In this document: positions 45,918-58,464 of the stretch, piece by piece
How the letters are laid out: every line of letters starts with the position of its first letter
Position numbering within the stretch: position 1 is the first letter of the stretch
Source: Trichoplax sp. H2
Taxonomy: Eukaryota
DNA: 64,000 bases
Assembly (NCBI GenBank): GCA_003344405.1
Contig: NOWV01000002.1
Location: forward strand, 930,001 to 994,000
Direction of reading: 5' to 3'
The notes under the pieces: generated by a model
Databases searched by the model: none
What the model was told of the DNA's origin: nothing
What the model saw: the letters and a program-made list of their open reading frames with translations, nothing else
Position numbers and translations under genes: made by a program

Positions 45918-47283
45918 TTTTTGCTCTTTTTAATTAATTTAAAAAGTGGATGTACGTACTACTTCTTGAAAATTTTCTAGCGATACAACTAGAGTAAAAA
46001 ATTGTATTTTTCAACAGAAAATTTTACGCCTTTACCAATAAATAGAAAGCGATTACAATATTCTAGGCTAGATGCTCGTGACCGCCTATCGTAACCACTA
46101 TCCTCCAACCGCGATGGACTGTGAACTGGAAACCCGGAAACACTATAGATTTAATAGATTTAAAATTCCAATCAGTACCCGTATACGCGAATCAGAATGG
46201 AAAGTAAATGATGGTACCCTAACAACTACAGCGTGTCAGAAGACTGTAATTAATTCTTTATGCAGTATTATTGGGTGTCAAAGTGCGATTGTACAGTAAG
46301 TTACTATAGTCAGTAAACTTACCCGTTAATTAATAACTAATTAATTAACCTGTTTATCAACTGCTCCAACTCTAGTGGAAAGGATTTTTCACCCGCTCTA
46401 GACGCCTACAGTATTGCACTGTACAGTCAGTACAGTACAGTACAGTACACTTCTACTGTAATGTACTGTACTGTACAGTACTGTACACTGTACCGTTAAC
46501 TATTTATTCATCTCTGTGTACTGTAGAGTGCCTAGTTTTCTTCTGTCGCACTCATCAGGTGTAGAGTCTGTAGTCTGACGACGGTAAGCACTTTTTCCTT
46601 TCATTCACTACTACATTTCAGCACTGTACTGTACGTTACTGTATTGCAGCTGTGCTATGCCATGGACTACTAAAAAAACGGAATTTTGGTAGTCTACTAT
46701 GGCTGTGCTATATGTACTGTATTGCTTAGAGTCGTCGCTTTAGTGAAAGTTATAAGGATCTTTCTATGTCAACTACTGTCCTTTCAAAGCAAACTGTTGC
46801 ATTCATACTGCTGGCGTCATCTATAAAGAATAGGATGCACCGCACTGTAGCCAATAAACCCCTCCAAAAAGTTTTAAGTAAATTTCGAAGTCACAACTTT
46901 CTTTATTAATAAGTTTTTTAAGCGCTATATTTACTTATTTGCGTTAATGAAATACATGAAATGGGGTTTTTGCAATTGTCTAGTAAAGCACTCATAAATA
47001 ATAACTACAAATAATTACATTAATCTGTAATTATGAGATTTACAGTGCTATTTCTTGTTATATAATGTTCAACTAAATGAATAAAATACATAGATGTGTC
47101 TTCAATCTTTAAAAGCTAATTCAAAATCGTCAAAGCTGAAGCCTCGGTAGTTCCAGGGCAAACAGTTAAATATATATAAGTAATATATAAACTCGTACAG
47201 AAACCGTACAATATTGTCAAATAAGTGCGATTCACGTTAGGTTATATATGCATTGTAATCTCTTTAGGATTCGATAGTTTCCT

Positions 47284-50200
47284 TTATTTACGATATTTTT
47301 GTTGAAATTGCTTCATAAAGTCGACCAGTTGTTCCGTTTCTTCCACAGATACCGCATTGTACAGCGATGCTCTGATACCACCAACAGAACTGAAAGAAGA
47401 TAAATCAATACTTGTTAGTATACATATCCGTAACGCTCTGCACTGATCATCGAAAGTAATTCGGATCAAAGTTATTCTTAAGAATTACCGGTGTCCTTTG
47501 AGATGCATAAATTTACGCTCTCCGGCTTCTTTTAGGAACTTCTTTTCTAATTCGTCATCGCCATTCTCAGATCCAATCCTAAATGGAACATTCATCCTAG
47601 AGCGATCTTTCTTACAAACAGGTGCTCTATGAAAATAGTCCATATATGACATTCTTTAATTCACATGTGAGTCCTTCACAAAATCATTTATATATAAGAG
47701 TACTTACACGTAAAACCCATCCGAATTGTCAATGACATTGTAAACCTTGCTAGCCTTCAATGCACTTCTTTCACTCATGGCTTTGGCTCCACCCTTCGAT
47801 ACAATCCATTGGAATACCATGCCCATAATGTAGATACTGTAAGTTGGAGGAGTGTTATAAAGTGAATTCATTCCAGCCGTAACTTTATAATCCATAACAA
47901 TAGGGCAATAGGAACGTGCATTTCCAATCAAATCCTCACGAACTACAAATGTTTTCAATGAGTAAGATAACACTTTAGGCAATGCTGTTGATCTACAGTA
48001 CTCCAATTACAAACAATGTAGGGATTACGTTCATGTGCAATAGTTGATTATAAACTTACCGATAACAATGGTGACGCCAGCACATCCAACATTTTTTTGC
48101 GCTCCAGCATAAATCAATCCGAACTAGAAGATTAAACTCAATTAGCTAGGAGAAAAATAACTAAGTACTGATAATAACAACTACATTACCTTGGAAACAT
48201 CAATTTCTTTTGAGAGAATATTCGACGACATGTCACATACAAGTGGTACACCCTTGGTGTCAGGAATATCATGGTATTCGACACCTGCACATACATAATT
48301 AAATTAGAACTGAATAGTAAACATAAAAACTCAATAATGTATCTTCTATACTTTCGTTTATTCGCAGAATGAATGACGAAATCTAAATATCACAGTTTCA
48401 CATCGATCGGCTTTGTTTCAATCATGCAAATCGTTGTCACAAAAGTCACTTAAAAACTATCCGATGATGCACACTGGAAACGAAGAAATCGTCAAACACG
48501 CTCTAAATAGTTCTACCTAATACATTACACGGCACATCAACGTAACAATATACAATTACGGTAAACTAATATGAAGAACATTGCTAAATATACGTACATA
48601 TATCACAATATTAAAATCGTTTATCAGCCGCTCTCTTAGTATAGTACAATAATAAATGTAACTTTAGGTAACTCGAGATGTTACTGGTAAATTTGAATTA
48701 TAGTATAGTAGAATGCAGGCAAGAGTTGCAGGAAAAAATTGTACTTGCTGAATTGAACGGCTGATAAAAGCTCTCTAACTTAACTACTGTATTGCAGTTA
48801 TAGAAAGAGCATCTTTACCGCATAAAGTAGCTTTAGTTAATAAACATGTGCTACTGTATTTGTGAATTAGGTACATAAAGCGATATTTCGGAAAGGAGAT
48901 TAAATTATGCGTTAAAGATGCCTTTCATAAAATATAGTACGCTTCAGCTCGCAAGCTTGTGCGTAGAACTTTATAGTACCGTACAGTAACGTATTATAAC
49001 ATACATGATAACTTTACTATAGCATACTCTAGTAACCTTTAGACGCATTTACTATTACGTTTCTGGCTGAGCTGAACGCTCCCAAAAAGACTGGGTACAT
49101 TACAAGCACCCGATTTCATCAAGCTAAAGGCGCAACAGAGGTCAATAAACGGCAACAATATGTAAGACATGACAATTAACAATAAAAAGAAACAGCTATG
49201 TATTATGTATCGCTGCCACTGTGAACTTGAGTTATTCCTCTCATAAATCATCCATTCTAAGTGCTGTTTAACCTTTTACGTAATCTAGCGTAATCTATGA
49301 CTAAGGCAAACAGGTATAAGAGCATTCAAGGCATCACAGCAACAGCGAAAAGATTTTCATGCCAAGCGACAGACACCAAAAATAGAAAATGGGTAAGGGA
49401 TCTGGTCCGGCACTTCAATGCAACCGGAAATTATCTGATCACTACCAAGCAGTTAAGTTTTAACGCGTGCGAAGACTATGGACAAGCGTATCAGAAATAA
49501 AGTGTCGGGAATACTGTACTTCTTAAAAACAAATTCATGAATGAAAGAATGCAAGCAAGCATAAGATGGTCTAGAGATAAGTGATTAAACGAGCATGCTA
49601 AATTACTGATGAATCATAGCGACGATGCGAATATACGTAAAATCGAGGGGTATCAACGAGGTTGCACGTCACGTTCGTTACAAATGCAGCGTCGGCGACG
49701 AGTTTATACGGCATAAAGAAAGCATACACCTAATTATATCGAATTGACGAGGGAAATATTTTACCGACAACGATTTTCTCTAATGATCATATCATAAATA
49801 TGTAAATGCGGCGTAGATTTGTAGATGGGTGAATGTTTGAACTTCTCTTTTCTAAAGTTACAGCGATACGGCCATGATAAATTTTACTGTAAACCATCGT
49901 ACGACATAAAATTATGATAAAATAATGTAAACAGCGCTTTAACGGAACGGACAATGAATATCTACACAGACAGTGTAAAAACACCAACTATTTCATTGAT
50001 GCAATGACAATCAGGATGAATTGGTATTTAAGTTCGGAAATTTTGACTGAGATTGAGACAAAACCCAAAACATTAAAGGGAAGACTAATCAGTTTTTGGC
50101 CATTTAAGGATAGGAACTAAGTAATAGATCGTAATTTTGGACCAATATTCAATTCGAATGGCAATAACTCGACAGAGATAAAGTATTACGATCAGAGAAC

Positions 50201-52007
50201 ATAGTGTATAGTATAATACTTTAGGCACAAAATCAGTACCGTAGTACTTACCGTGAATAGTCTCATTAGCGCAGATATAGACATAGGAAGCCTCAGGGTT
50301 CAAATTCCATTCAGAAAAGTTAGGAATACCTATAAGTAAAAGATTATGCTATACGTGCTTGTTTCGCTCGAAGCATAATTTCATGTTGGAAAGATTTAAC
50401 TAACCAGAATACTTTTTAGTCTTGGGGATCACACGATTCACAGTACCAAACTTTTCGGCTTCAATAGCAGCCTTTGCAGACCAACTACCAGTGACAACGT
50501 AGTCTGCACAACCTCCTAGTATTATTTTAAGTAATTTTAAGATTATTTTCGATTATTTATTATCAAAAATTGAATGCATACACGGTAAAAACAAATGATA
50601 AGAAAAGTACAATTTATTGAATTCTACAACTCTATTTTAATTTAACACTGTACTGTACAGTGTACGATTTTACAATTGATAACAAAACAAAGTGCAGGCT
50701 AATGAAAACATACGTTGTGATCGGTCATGATCAACACCTTATGAGTTACCATTTTTTAAAGTAAAGTATTATACGGTCGGCACGTACTGGACCGTACTGT
50801 TCGATGATTAAAAATACGGCCGGATAAACAAATATGTGATCAAAAACAAAATATCAGAGTACAGTACAGTATTGCATCACTACTTTACGTCAAGTACTGT
50901 ACAGTATGCTGTCAAGAATGAAGATGATTGTGTACTTTACACTATGATCGGGGTACATTGGTACTGTGTATCCAGCAGCGAACTGTTTGTCCTCAATTGT
51001 TAAAGAGTTAAAAACAGCAAGCTGGCGGCGCGGCGGGTACATAGAGTGAAAAACATCAACGATGGTAGAGTACAGTACAGCACGATACGTGTCCAGTACT
51101 GGGCATGAATGATCCATATTTCGTAATCTTTGGTATCGTACTGTACACTGCCGTAAATAGTTTACTGTACTGTACTGTATAACGTTATTAACAGGGACTA
51201 CTACTGTAATGGCTGTTATTACTACTCTACTCTATATACACATCATATTATACAGTACTTTACTGTACTGTACCAGTGTACATTGGCGTATATGGATCAA
51301 ACGTAGTAATAATGGAATGTTGTCATACCTTCCTTCATTAAGTTCAATGGAACAGATGCAAATTGACCTGTGCCACCTCCTTGCATGAACAGGACTTTGT
51401 AATTATCTGGGATGTTACTGAAACACCAAGAAGAACAAATGAGTTCTAATGAACGAAAGTAACTGTAGATATTGTATCATCGTACGAGGAGGAACGTCAA
51501 CTTACAGCAACTGTCTTAAATTCTGTTCAGCTTCATTGATAACCTTCGCAAAGTCAGCAGATCTGTGGCTTAGTTCTAAATTACAGAAAATAACATTTAA
51601 CATACATACGTACAGTCGTTCTTTAATCTTATCTCGCTTCATTTCAAAATCGATGCCACACTCAGTATATACAGTACTGTACTGTAAGCGGATCATACGT
51701 TACATAACATACTGTATAAACTACATGAAATGACGGGAATCTAAAGTAAAAAAGGGTAAAAACTAACCCATGACGCTCACACCGGTGCCACCAAAATCAA
51801 CGAGTTCTTCTTGAGCCTTCTTTAAGACCTACGCAAGAGTAAAATGAGTTATAAATTGATCATTAAGAATAAGAATATTACAGTTACCATACAGAAATTT
51901 GTTCATAAAATAAAAACTTCTAGACTGGTTGCATTAGCTAAAATGCTAACCTCTTCAGGTATTTTGGCTGGACCAGGAGCAAAATTGATAACCTTAGTAT
52001 TCGACAT
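47284..52007 (-). CDS. PSAT1: Phosphoserine aminotransferase
   Basis: [76 protein letters not shown] (PLP lysine), [16 protein letters not shown] and [15 protein letters not shown]. Confidence 0.98.
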
Positions 52008-52120
52008 TTTCAAGAGCGTGATAGTAAAAGTTTTCAAGAAATTACAAAAGTAAAAGCGTTGCTAAACGACAGGGTATTGACAATCACGAAGATCCTCCCA
52101 AACTTCAGTCACAATGACGA

Positions 52121-52310
52121 CTAGAGTGAATCAGACTAGGAAAGATCACCCCTTTTATAGATTTCGATGTTGTCATGTGATATGTGATTCATTGTTATAA
52201 AGGTAACCTATCAAGATTTTGCCAACGTGCGTGCGCGCATGCTACAGAATAATAGGGGTCATACTTTTCATACCGTTCAGCCAATATGGGTAAAGTTCGC
52301 TATCACGTGC
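52121..52310 (-). promoter_or_regulatory. Probable PSAT1 core promoter
   Basis: Minus-strand CTATAAAAGG at 52151-52160 and an Inr-like TTCACTC ~30 bp downstream. CCAAT at 52281 and E-box CACGTG near 52305. About 150 bp upstream of the ATG. Confidence 0.55.
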
Positions 52311-53789
52311 CGCGACTTGACGGTCAATGATCAATTTAACTTCCTTAAGTAAATTACGGTACAGTACAGTACTGTACAGTACCGTACAATGCGGCAATGA
52401 ATTATTCTGTACAGTACGGTATGTGTAAAACTTTAGTAGTTGTGCAATAGTGTACCGTATTACTAGTAGAGACCCTTTTTATTAGTCTAAGGGTCTCTAG
52501 TGTACAGTATTAGGATTTACCAATCCCACTTTTGATCATTAACTGTATCTGCAGGGCTGGATACTAAATATTGCAGTGCTGTCTGTATCTGTTCCATCAC
52601 TGGTCATTTTAAAAATTACCAGACATCTCTTGATCATTACGAGATGTACTATACAGTACAGTACTGTGGGTAATTCATATTTCGTACTGTACAGTAGCTT
52701 ACTGTAACTGTACAGTACAGTACAGTATTCGTACAATACTGTACAGTGTACTGTACACTGTACAGTACAGTACGGTAGTGACGCCTGTGACATCATGAAA
52801 AGGGGCTGGACTTGTAGATTATGTACAACTTTTGTGAGGTCAGTAGGTCAGTATTATTTCGCTACCAACCTATCACAGTCTTACTACCTGGTCACGCGGT
52901 GGTAATATTGAGTTCTGCGAAAATAATAATAATAATAAGCTGGAAAACAATTAACAAATATAATACTGGGCGGAAAGCACAACGAACAATATCATTGTTN
53001 NNNNNNNNNNNNNNNNNNNTCAGCCAATATGGGTAAAGTTCGCTATCACGTGCCGCGACTTGACGGTCAATGATCAATTTAACTTCCTTAAGTAAATTAC
53101 GGTACAGTACAGTACAGTACCGTACAGTACAATGCGGCAATGAATTATTGTGTACAGTACTGTACAGTACAGTACAGTACTGTATGTACAGTACGGTACA
53201 TTACTGTTTAGTACATTTACAGTACTGTAAGCTACAGTACGAAATATGAATTACCCACAGTACTGTACATCTCGTAATGATCAAGAGATGTCTGGTAATT
53301 TTTAAAATGACCAGTGATGGAACAGATACGGACAGTACTGCAATATTTAGTATCCAACCCTGCAGATACATTTAATGATCAAAAGTGGGATTGGTAAATC
53401 CTAATACTGTACTCTAGAGACCCTTAGACTAATAAAAAGGGTCTCTACTATACGGTACACTATTGCACAACTACTAAAGTTTTACACATACTGTACTGTA
53501 CAGTACTGTACAGTATTCGTACAGTACAGTATTCGTACAGTACAGTACTGTACTGTACAGTACGGTAGTGACGCCTGTGACATCATGAAAAGGGGCAGGA
53601 CTTGTAGATCATGTGCAACTTTTGTGAGGTCAGTAGGTCAGTATTATTTCGCTACCAACCTATCACAGTCTTACTACCTGGTCACGCGGTGGTAATATTG
53701 AGTTCTGCGAAAATAATAATAATAATAAGCTGGAAAACAATTAACAAATATAATACTGGGCGGAAAGCACAACGAACAATATCATTGTT
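52277..53789. repeat. Two near-identical copies (52277-52999 and 53020-53789) around a 20-N gap, probably haplotypes, with the internal segment inverted
   Basis: The flanks match apart from a few SNPs. 52419-52705 reappears as its reverse complement at ~53218-53491. Confidence 0.92.
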
Positions 53790-54165
53790 CGAAGTCTAAT
53801 GACCAATAAACCAATAACCATGTCTGTACAGACAGTACAGTACAAAGGAGGGGTCAATGGTCAATTGGTCATTAGTCATTCTCAAAGCTCAATGTTACTT
53901 TGTATGACTCAGTGCGTACAGTACCGTATTGAACCCTACAGTAGACTATTACAGTACTGTACAGTACAATGTACTGTACATAGTACAGTACTGTACTGTA
54001 CTGTATAATTAATTATATTATTAGTAGCCTTTGTTTGATAGCCTTTGTTTGAAGCAAGCAAGGCAAACTATACAGTACTTGGACTGTACTGTACGGTACA
54101 GTACTGTACTGTACTGTACAATGTACAGTGTACAGTAGTTGGTGTACTGTACTGTACTGTAATGA
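52345..54165. repeat. (TACAG)n/(CTGTA)n degenerate microsatellite tracts
   Basis: Dense tacagtacagtactgtacag runs at ~52357-52390, 52650-52775, 53100-53240, 53490-53565 and 53935-54160. Confidence 0.9.
52837..52850 (+). promoter_or_regulatory. Perfect DR2 nuclear-receptor element AGGTCAgtAGGTCA (same site at 53627-53640 in the second copy)
   Basis: Exact consensus half-sites spaced by 2 nt. Function untested. Confidence 0.45.
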
Positions 54166-56839
54166 AACCTGAAAGCTTATTTATTTTTACAAGTCCATAG
54201 TCCAGGCTCAGAGGCCAGGCCGCGGCAGCTGTCCACTATGCCAGATCCTTATGCTACCATCACATATGCACATTAACTAAAGCAAATCTTATTCGTCTTT
54301 ATTCGTATTTACAATCACAGTTGTGGTTGGAAAAAATTTCGATGACTTCCTCGATGGCTTCACAGTTCATAGTCCAGTAAATCCCACGGATAGTTGTTTG
54401 CCCGAAGGTCACTTTACTTTAGGCTTGTGGGCGATTAAAAATAAAAAACAAATAACAATAATCATATATTACACTACAAATATATATACAGTACAATATA
54501 CCCGCATCAAAAATAATGTAAAGGTTATTTTCTTTTTATTCTTCAAGTACTGTATACAGTGTATATACTGTATAGATATATACAGTATATTTGCGCAAGT
54601 ACCGCAGATTAACTTGTTTGGAAATGAGTGGCATACGCTGGGCGTGTACGTGTATATCATGTACTGTATATCAACAAGTAGAGAGAATGTCAAGGAAAAG
54701 AGAGAAAAGGAGTAAAAGTACGTATACAGTTGTAGCAACACACCGACAAGTGACAATTTATGCAGATATGTCATCGCGACGTAAATTTCTTGATCGTAAA
54801 GTTCCCCTCATAAAATCAATTTAATTTACCTTTCTTCTTCCTTGACATTCTGGCTACCTATTGGCGTTTGATGCTAGATCATTCCTTAATATCAGCGTAC
54901 GATGACTAAGGATATACGAATACATTATAAAACTCTCGCAGTACTGTACTCCAGTACCGTATTAAATCCAAGCTGCTTAGAGAAATCGCTAGCTTAGTGA
55001 TCAGTTTTTTTTCTTAATTCTCAATTTAAATAATAAACTTAACAATTATATTTACTAGTGTTAATAGAACTATGAAGTAGCTTTGTAACTGATAGCCTAA
55101 TACGAGTATCATTATATACTGTAATTTCTCTGTATCATTAGAATACAGTCTTTGCATGAAATAAATGGCTTTAACCTTGGATTCGCGCCGTCACTTCTCC
55201 TTTACAGAAAATTAAAAAGATTCAAATCACTGTAAATCATGCTATTTCTGGCAATCTAGCATAATGGAACGGACGTGCGTTATTTTTAGTATGGCTGTTA
55301 TGATGCCTTGCCACAGAGAGTATAAAAGGAGCGAGCTCACAACGACTAGGGAGTTCCGAAATTCAGTAGTCATAAAGGCTAGTTAAGCAACACAATAAAT
55401 ATATAATAAACTAACTTTCTAGCTGAATACTTTTCGAGCAATTGATTACCTATACGTACCCCGCGTGTATTAGGATATTAGTTATTAGAGGAGTTGACCG
55501 TTCACAAAGAAGAAATTTGTGACAACGGCAAATACAGTTCTATATAGCAAATATGCTCAAACACACAAAGTTCAACGTGTGGGATCTCCCTGAGCGACAT
55601 ATGCTATGATTATTCAGTATTTCAGCGATAAACATCTCTAAATTCAGTAATTTCTCATGCGCTTTAAAAGTCTCTTTAACTGCCGTACGCTTTATTCTCA
55701 AAGCTTGGCAGCCGATATAGCTTACAGCATTTCCTTAACTTTCTAAAGATTTGACTGCGAATTACCATTCTGTAGTATCGAATACTTTGTATTTATCAAG
55801 ATACAGCTAGGTAGACGCGCTTATGGTTGCTATTGTGATTGATTTGGACAGGAAAACAATCCAATATTAGCTTTATGCATCTATCTATGTACTTTTAAAA
55901 AGAGTCGGTGACTTGCTCACACAGATTGTATCAGCATCGGAATGTAACTAGATTTGAAACACGCATTTTCAAATCAACGGAAGGATATTCAATTAGAATC
56001 AACACAAATAATTCCTGCCGTCCTGGCTGGATAATATACGTGTAAGATACGAATAAAAAGATATATTTGATGAATTGAATTGTGCGGCATTGAAATCATT
56101 GAGTTCTCTCTTTTCGTTAGTGTAATTTTATACCGGGTGCGATATTTAGTAATATAAACTTTTAAGCCATTTAAGGTTATACGAGTAAATAAGGAAATAA
56201 ATTAATGTTTGGTAAGCATTTTAATTCTCTCGACTTAGAAAAACTATACAACACATATGTCACCATATACGTACATTTGCTGCAGGAGTATGCCTTATCT
56301 CCTGGATTATACTAGATGATACTCAAATATGATGTTGCATGCAGGCAAGTTGCCATGTGCACGAAAAGTATTGTAACTAGAAATAGAAATTAACGTAGAT
56401 GCTACAATAACAAGATGAAGATTAATGTGGTACGGTATAAAGTAACTATCTACTTCCTTATATTGGTATTACATTCCAAGAACTAGATCACTAATCCCGT
56501 GGAACTTTCTAAACCATTAGTTGTGTTAACTTGTGTTACTAATATGAAGTGAATAGTGAATTAAGTCAATTGTTCAGTTACATAAGAGCATTCATTACTT
56601 CCGTATTAATATGATAGCGATTATAAGTATCTAGATTTCGATACATCCTACTCTAGTCCAGCTAATTAATATAATTATACGCCTAAATAAATAAAAAAAT
56701 CACTCAATGAAAGCCTAATTAAATTCATTAGATTTGTACAGTAAAAATGTCTCCAAGTTAATACGGATATTGATTAAACGTAATTGCAGCAGTTCTGGTT
56801 TAAAAATGTGCTAGTAGTATGGAGTAAAGAAGTCTGTGA

Positions 56840-58251
56840 CGTAGATTAGTTGGTTGTACAGTAATTAAATGAAGCAATTGTAGATTATTTCTGGTATAAT
56901 GAAGTGTATGGCATATTACAGATTTGCTTTATTTCCAATAACTCAAATTTTCAGTGAGCAGATTATGAATTCTAGAGGTTAAAAACCCATCCATTACAAT
57001 ATGACAGAACTTTGATTTCTTGTTAAATTTCATTTCATTACATACAGTACAATATTACAATCTAAGCAGCAAACATACAGCCTTGTAATCTACTTTTAGG
57101 GCAACACTGCAGCTTACATCATTAAACTATCTGGTATATGGGACGAATCGCTCATATCGTACAAGTAAAATACTATTACCTATTATTTTCAAGTCTTTAT
57201 AGAAAAACTGGTACTATATTAGTAAATCTATGCCCAATTAGATGATAACATCAGGATCAAGTTAAAGAAGCGGCACTTGTACCGCATTCTATTACCTGAG
57301 ACGATAAATGTTTACTATCGTACTAATATCATTGTAGATGTAATCATTAGCATATTATTCACGAAAAAGCTAAATTAACATTACAATTAGCTTTTTATTT
57401 ACTTAGTGCAATACTATAGAGCTTATTCAATTCTATTCTTTTAATGATCTGAAACTNNNNNNNNNNNNNNNNNNNNCTACAGCCATATTAGTAACTCAAC
57501 AGCTTACTGTATATAGTCATCTGTACTCTAGCATAGAGTCTCTACCACTACAGTCTATAGTTACAGCTACCAAATATCTCTTAGGATAAATATCTACCGT
57601 ACATTATACTACACATGGCTAACAGTCTACAATCACAATACTAAGTTACATTACAAACGTAGATTAGTTGGTTGTACAGTAATTAAATGAAGCAATTGTA
57701 GATTATTTCTGGTATAATGAAGTGTATGGCATATTACAGATTTGCTTTATTTCCAATAACTCAAATTTTCAGTGAGCAGATTATGAATTCTAGAGGTTAA
57801 AAACCCATCCATTACAATATGACAGAACTTTGATTTCTTGTTAAATTTCATTTCATTACATACAGTACAATATTACAATCTAAGCAGCAAACATACAGCC
57901 TTGTAATCTACTATCATTAAACTATCTGGTATATGGGACGAATCGCTCATATCGTACAAGTAAAATACTATTACCTATTATTTTCAAGTCTTTATAGAAA
58001 AACTGGTACTATATTAGTAAATCTATGCCCAATTAGATGATAACATCAGGATCAAGTTAAAGAAGCGGCACTTGTACCGCATTCTATTACCTGAGACGAT
58101 AAATGTTTACTATCGTACTAATATCATTGTAGATGTAATCATTAGCATATTATTCACGAAAAAGCTAAATTAACATTACAATTAGCTTTTTATTTACTTA
58201 GTGCAATACTATAGAGCTTATTCAATTCTATTCTTTTAATGATCTGAAACT
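56840..58251. repeat. Duplicated ~600 bp segment around a 20-N gap (56840-57456 vs 57658-58251), probably haplotypes
   Basis: Near-identical copies. The first has an extra ~25 bp near 57095-57118, and the second is preceded by unrelated sequence. Confidence 0.9.
57477..57655 (-). mobile_element. Probable terminus of an LTR element inserted in one haplotype
   Basis: This sequence is absent from the other copy. The reverse complement begins TGTAATGTAAC, a typical LTR 5' end. The rest is lost in the gap. Confidence 0.5.
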
Positions 58252-58464
58252 CCCTAGGTAGCGGTCCTTTAGAGATCATTTCGCCTTAAGCTGCGTAATG
58301 GGAGAACAAATACTACCAAAGTAGCGCATACTAGTTGTTAATTCTTACTAAGTTGAAGCTATCGAAGGGTGTGAGATCGTAAATACACTTAGAGGTGCAA
58401 GTTCAGAAAGCCTCTGTTAGAAAACGGAAATCAACTCAAATTCTACTCTACTTCTGCTCTAATC

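Noticed and set aside
49997..50879. TGATGCAAT (ATF4/C/EBP amino-acid response elements) in PSAT1 introns
   Set aside because: Plausible biologically, but the same 9-mer also occurs at ~1062, ~16542, ~31381 and ~35261, so there is no specific enrichment.
52539..54824. Short ORFs rich in Y/C/T/V/Q/S
   Set aside because: These are translations of TACAG/CTGTA microsatellite and duplicated non-coding DNA.
55321..55330. TATAAAAGG as promoter of the F-BAR gene
   Set aside because: It lies ~3 kb from the ATG with no supportable UTR exon chain.
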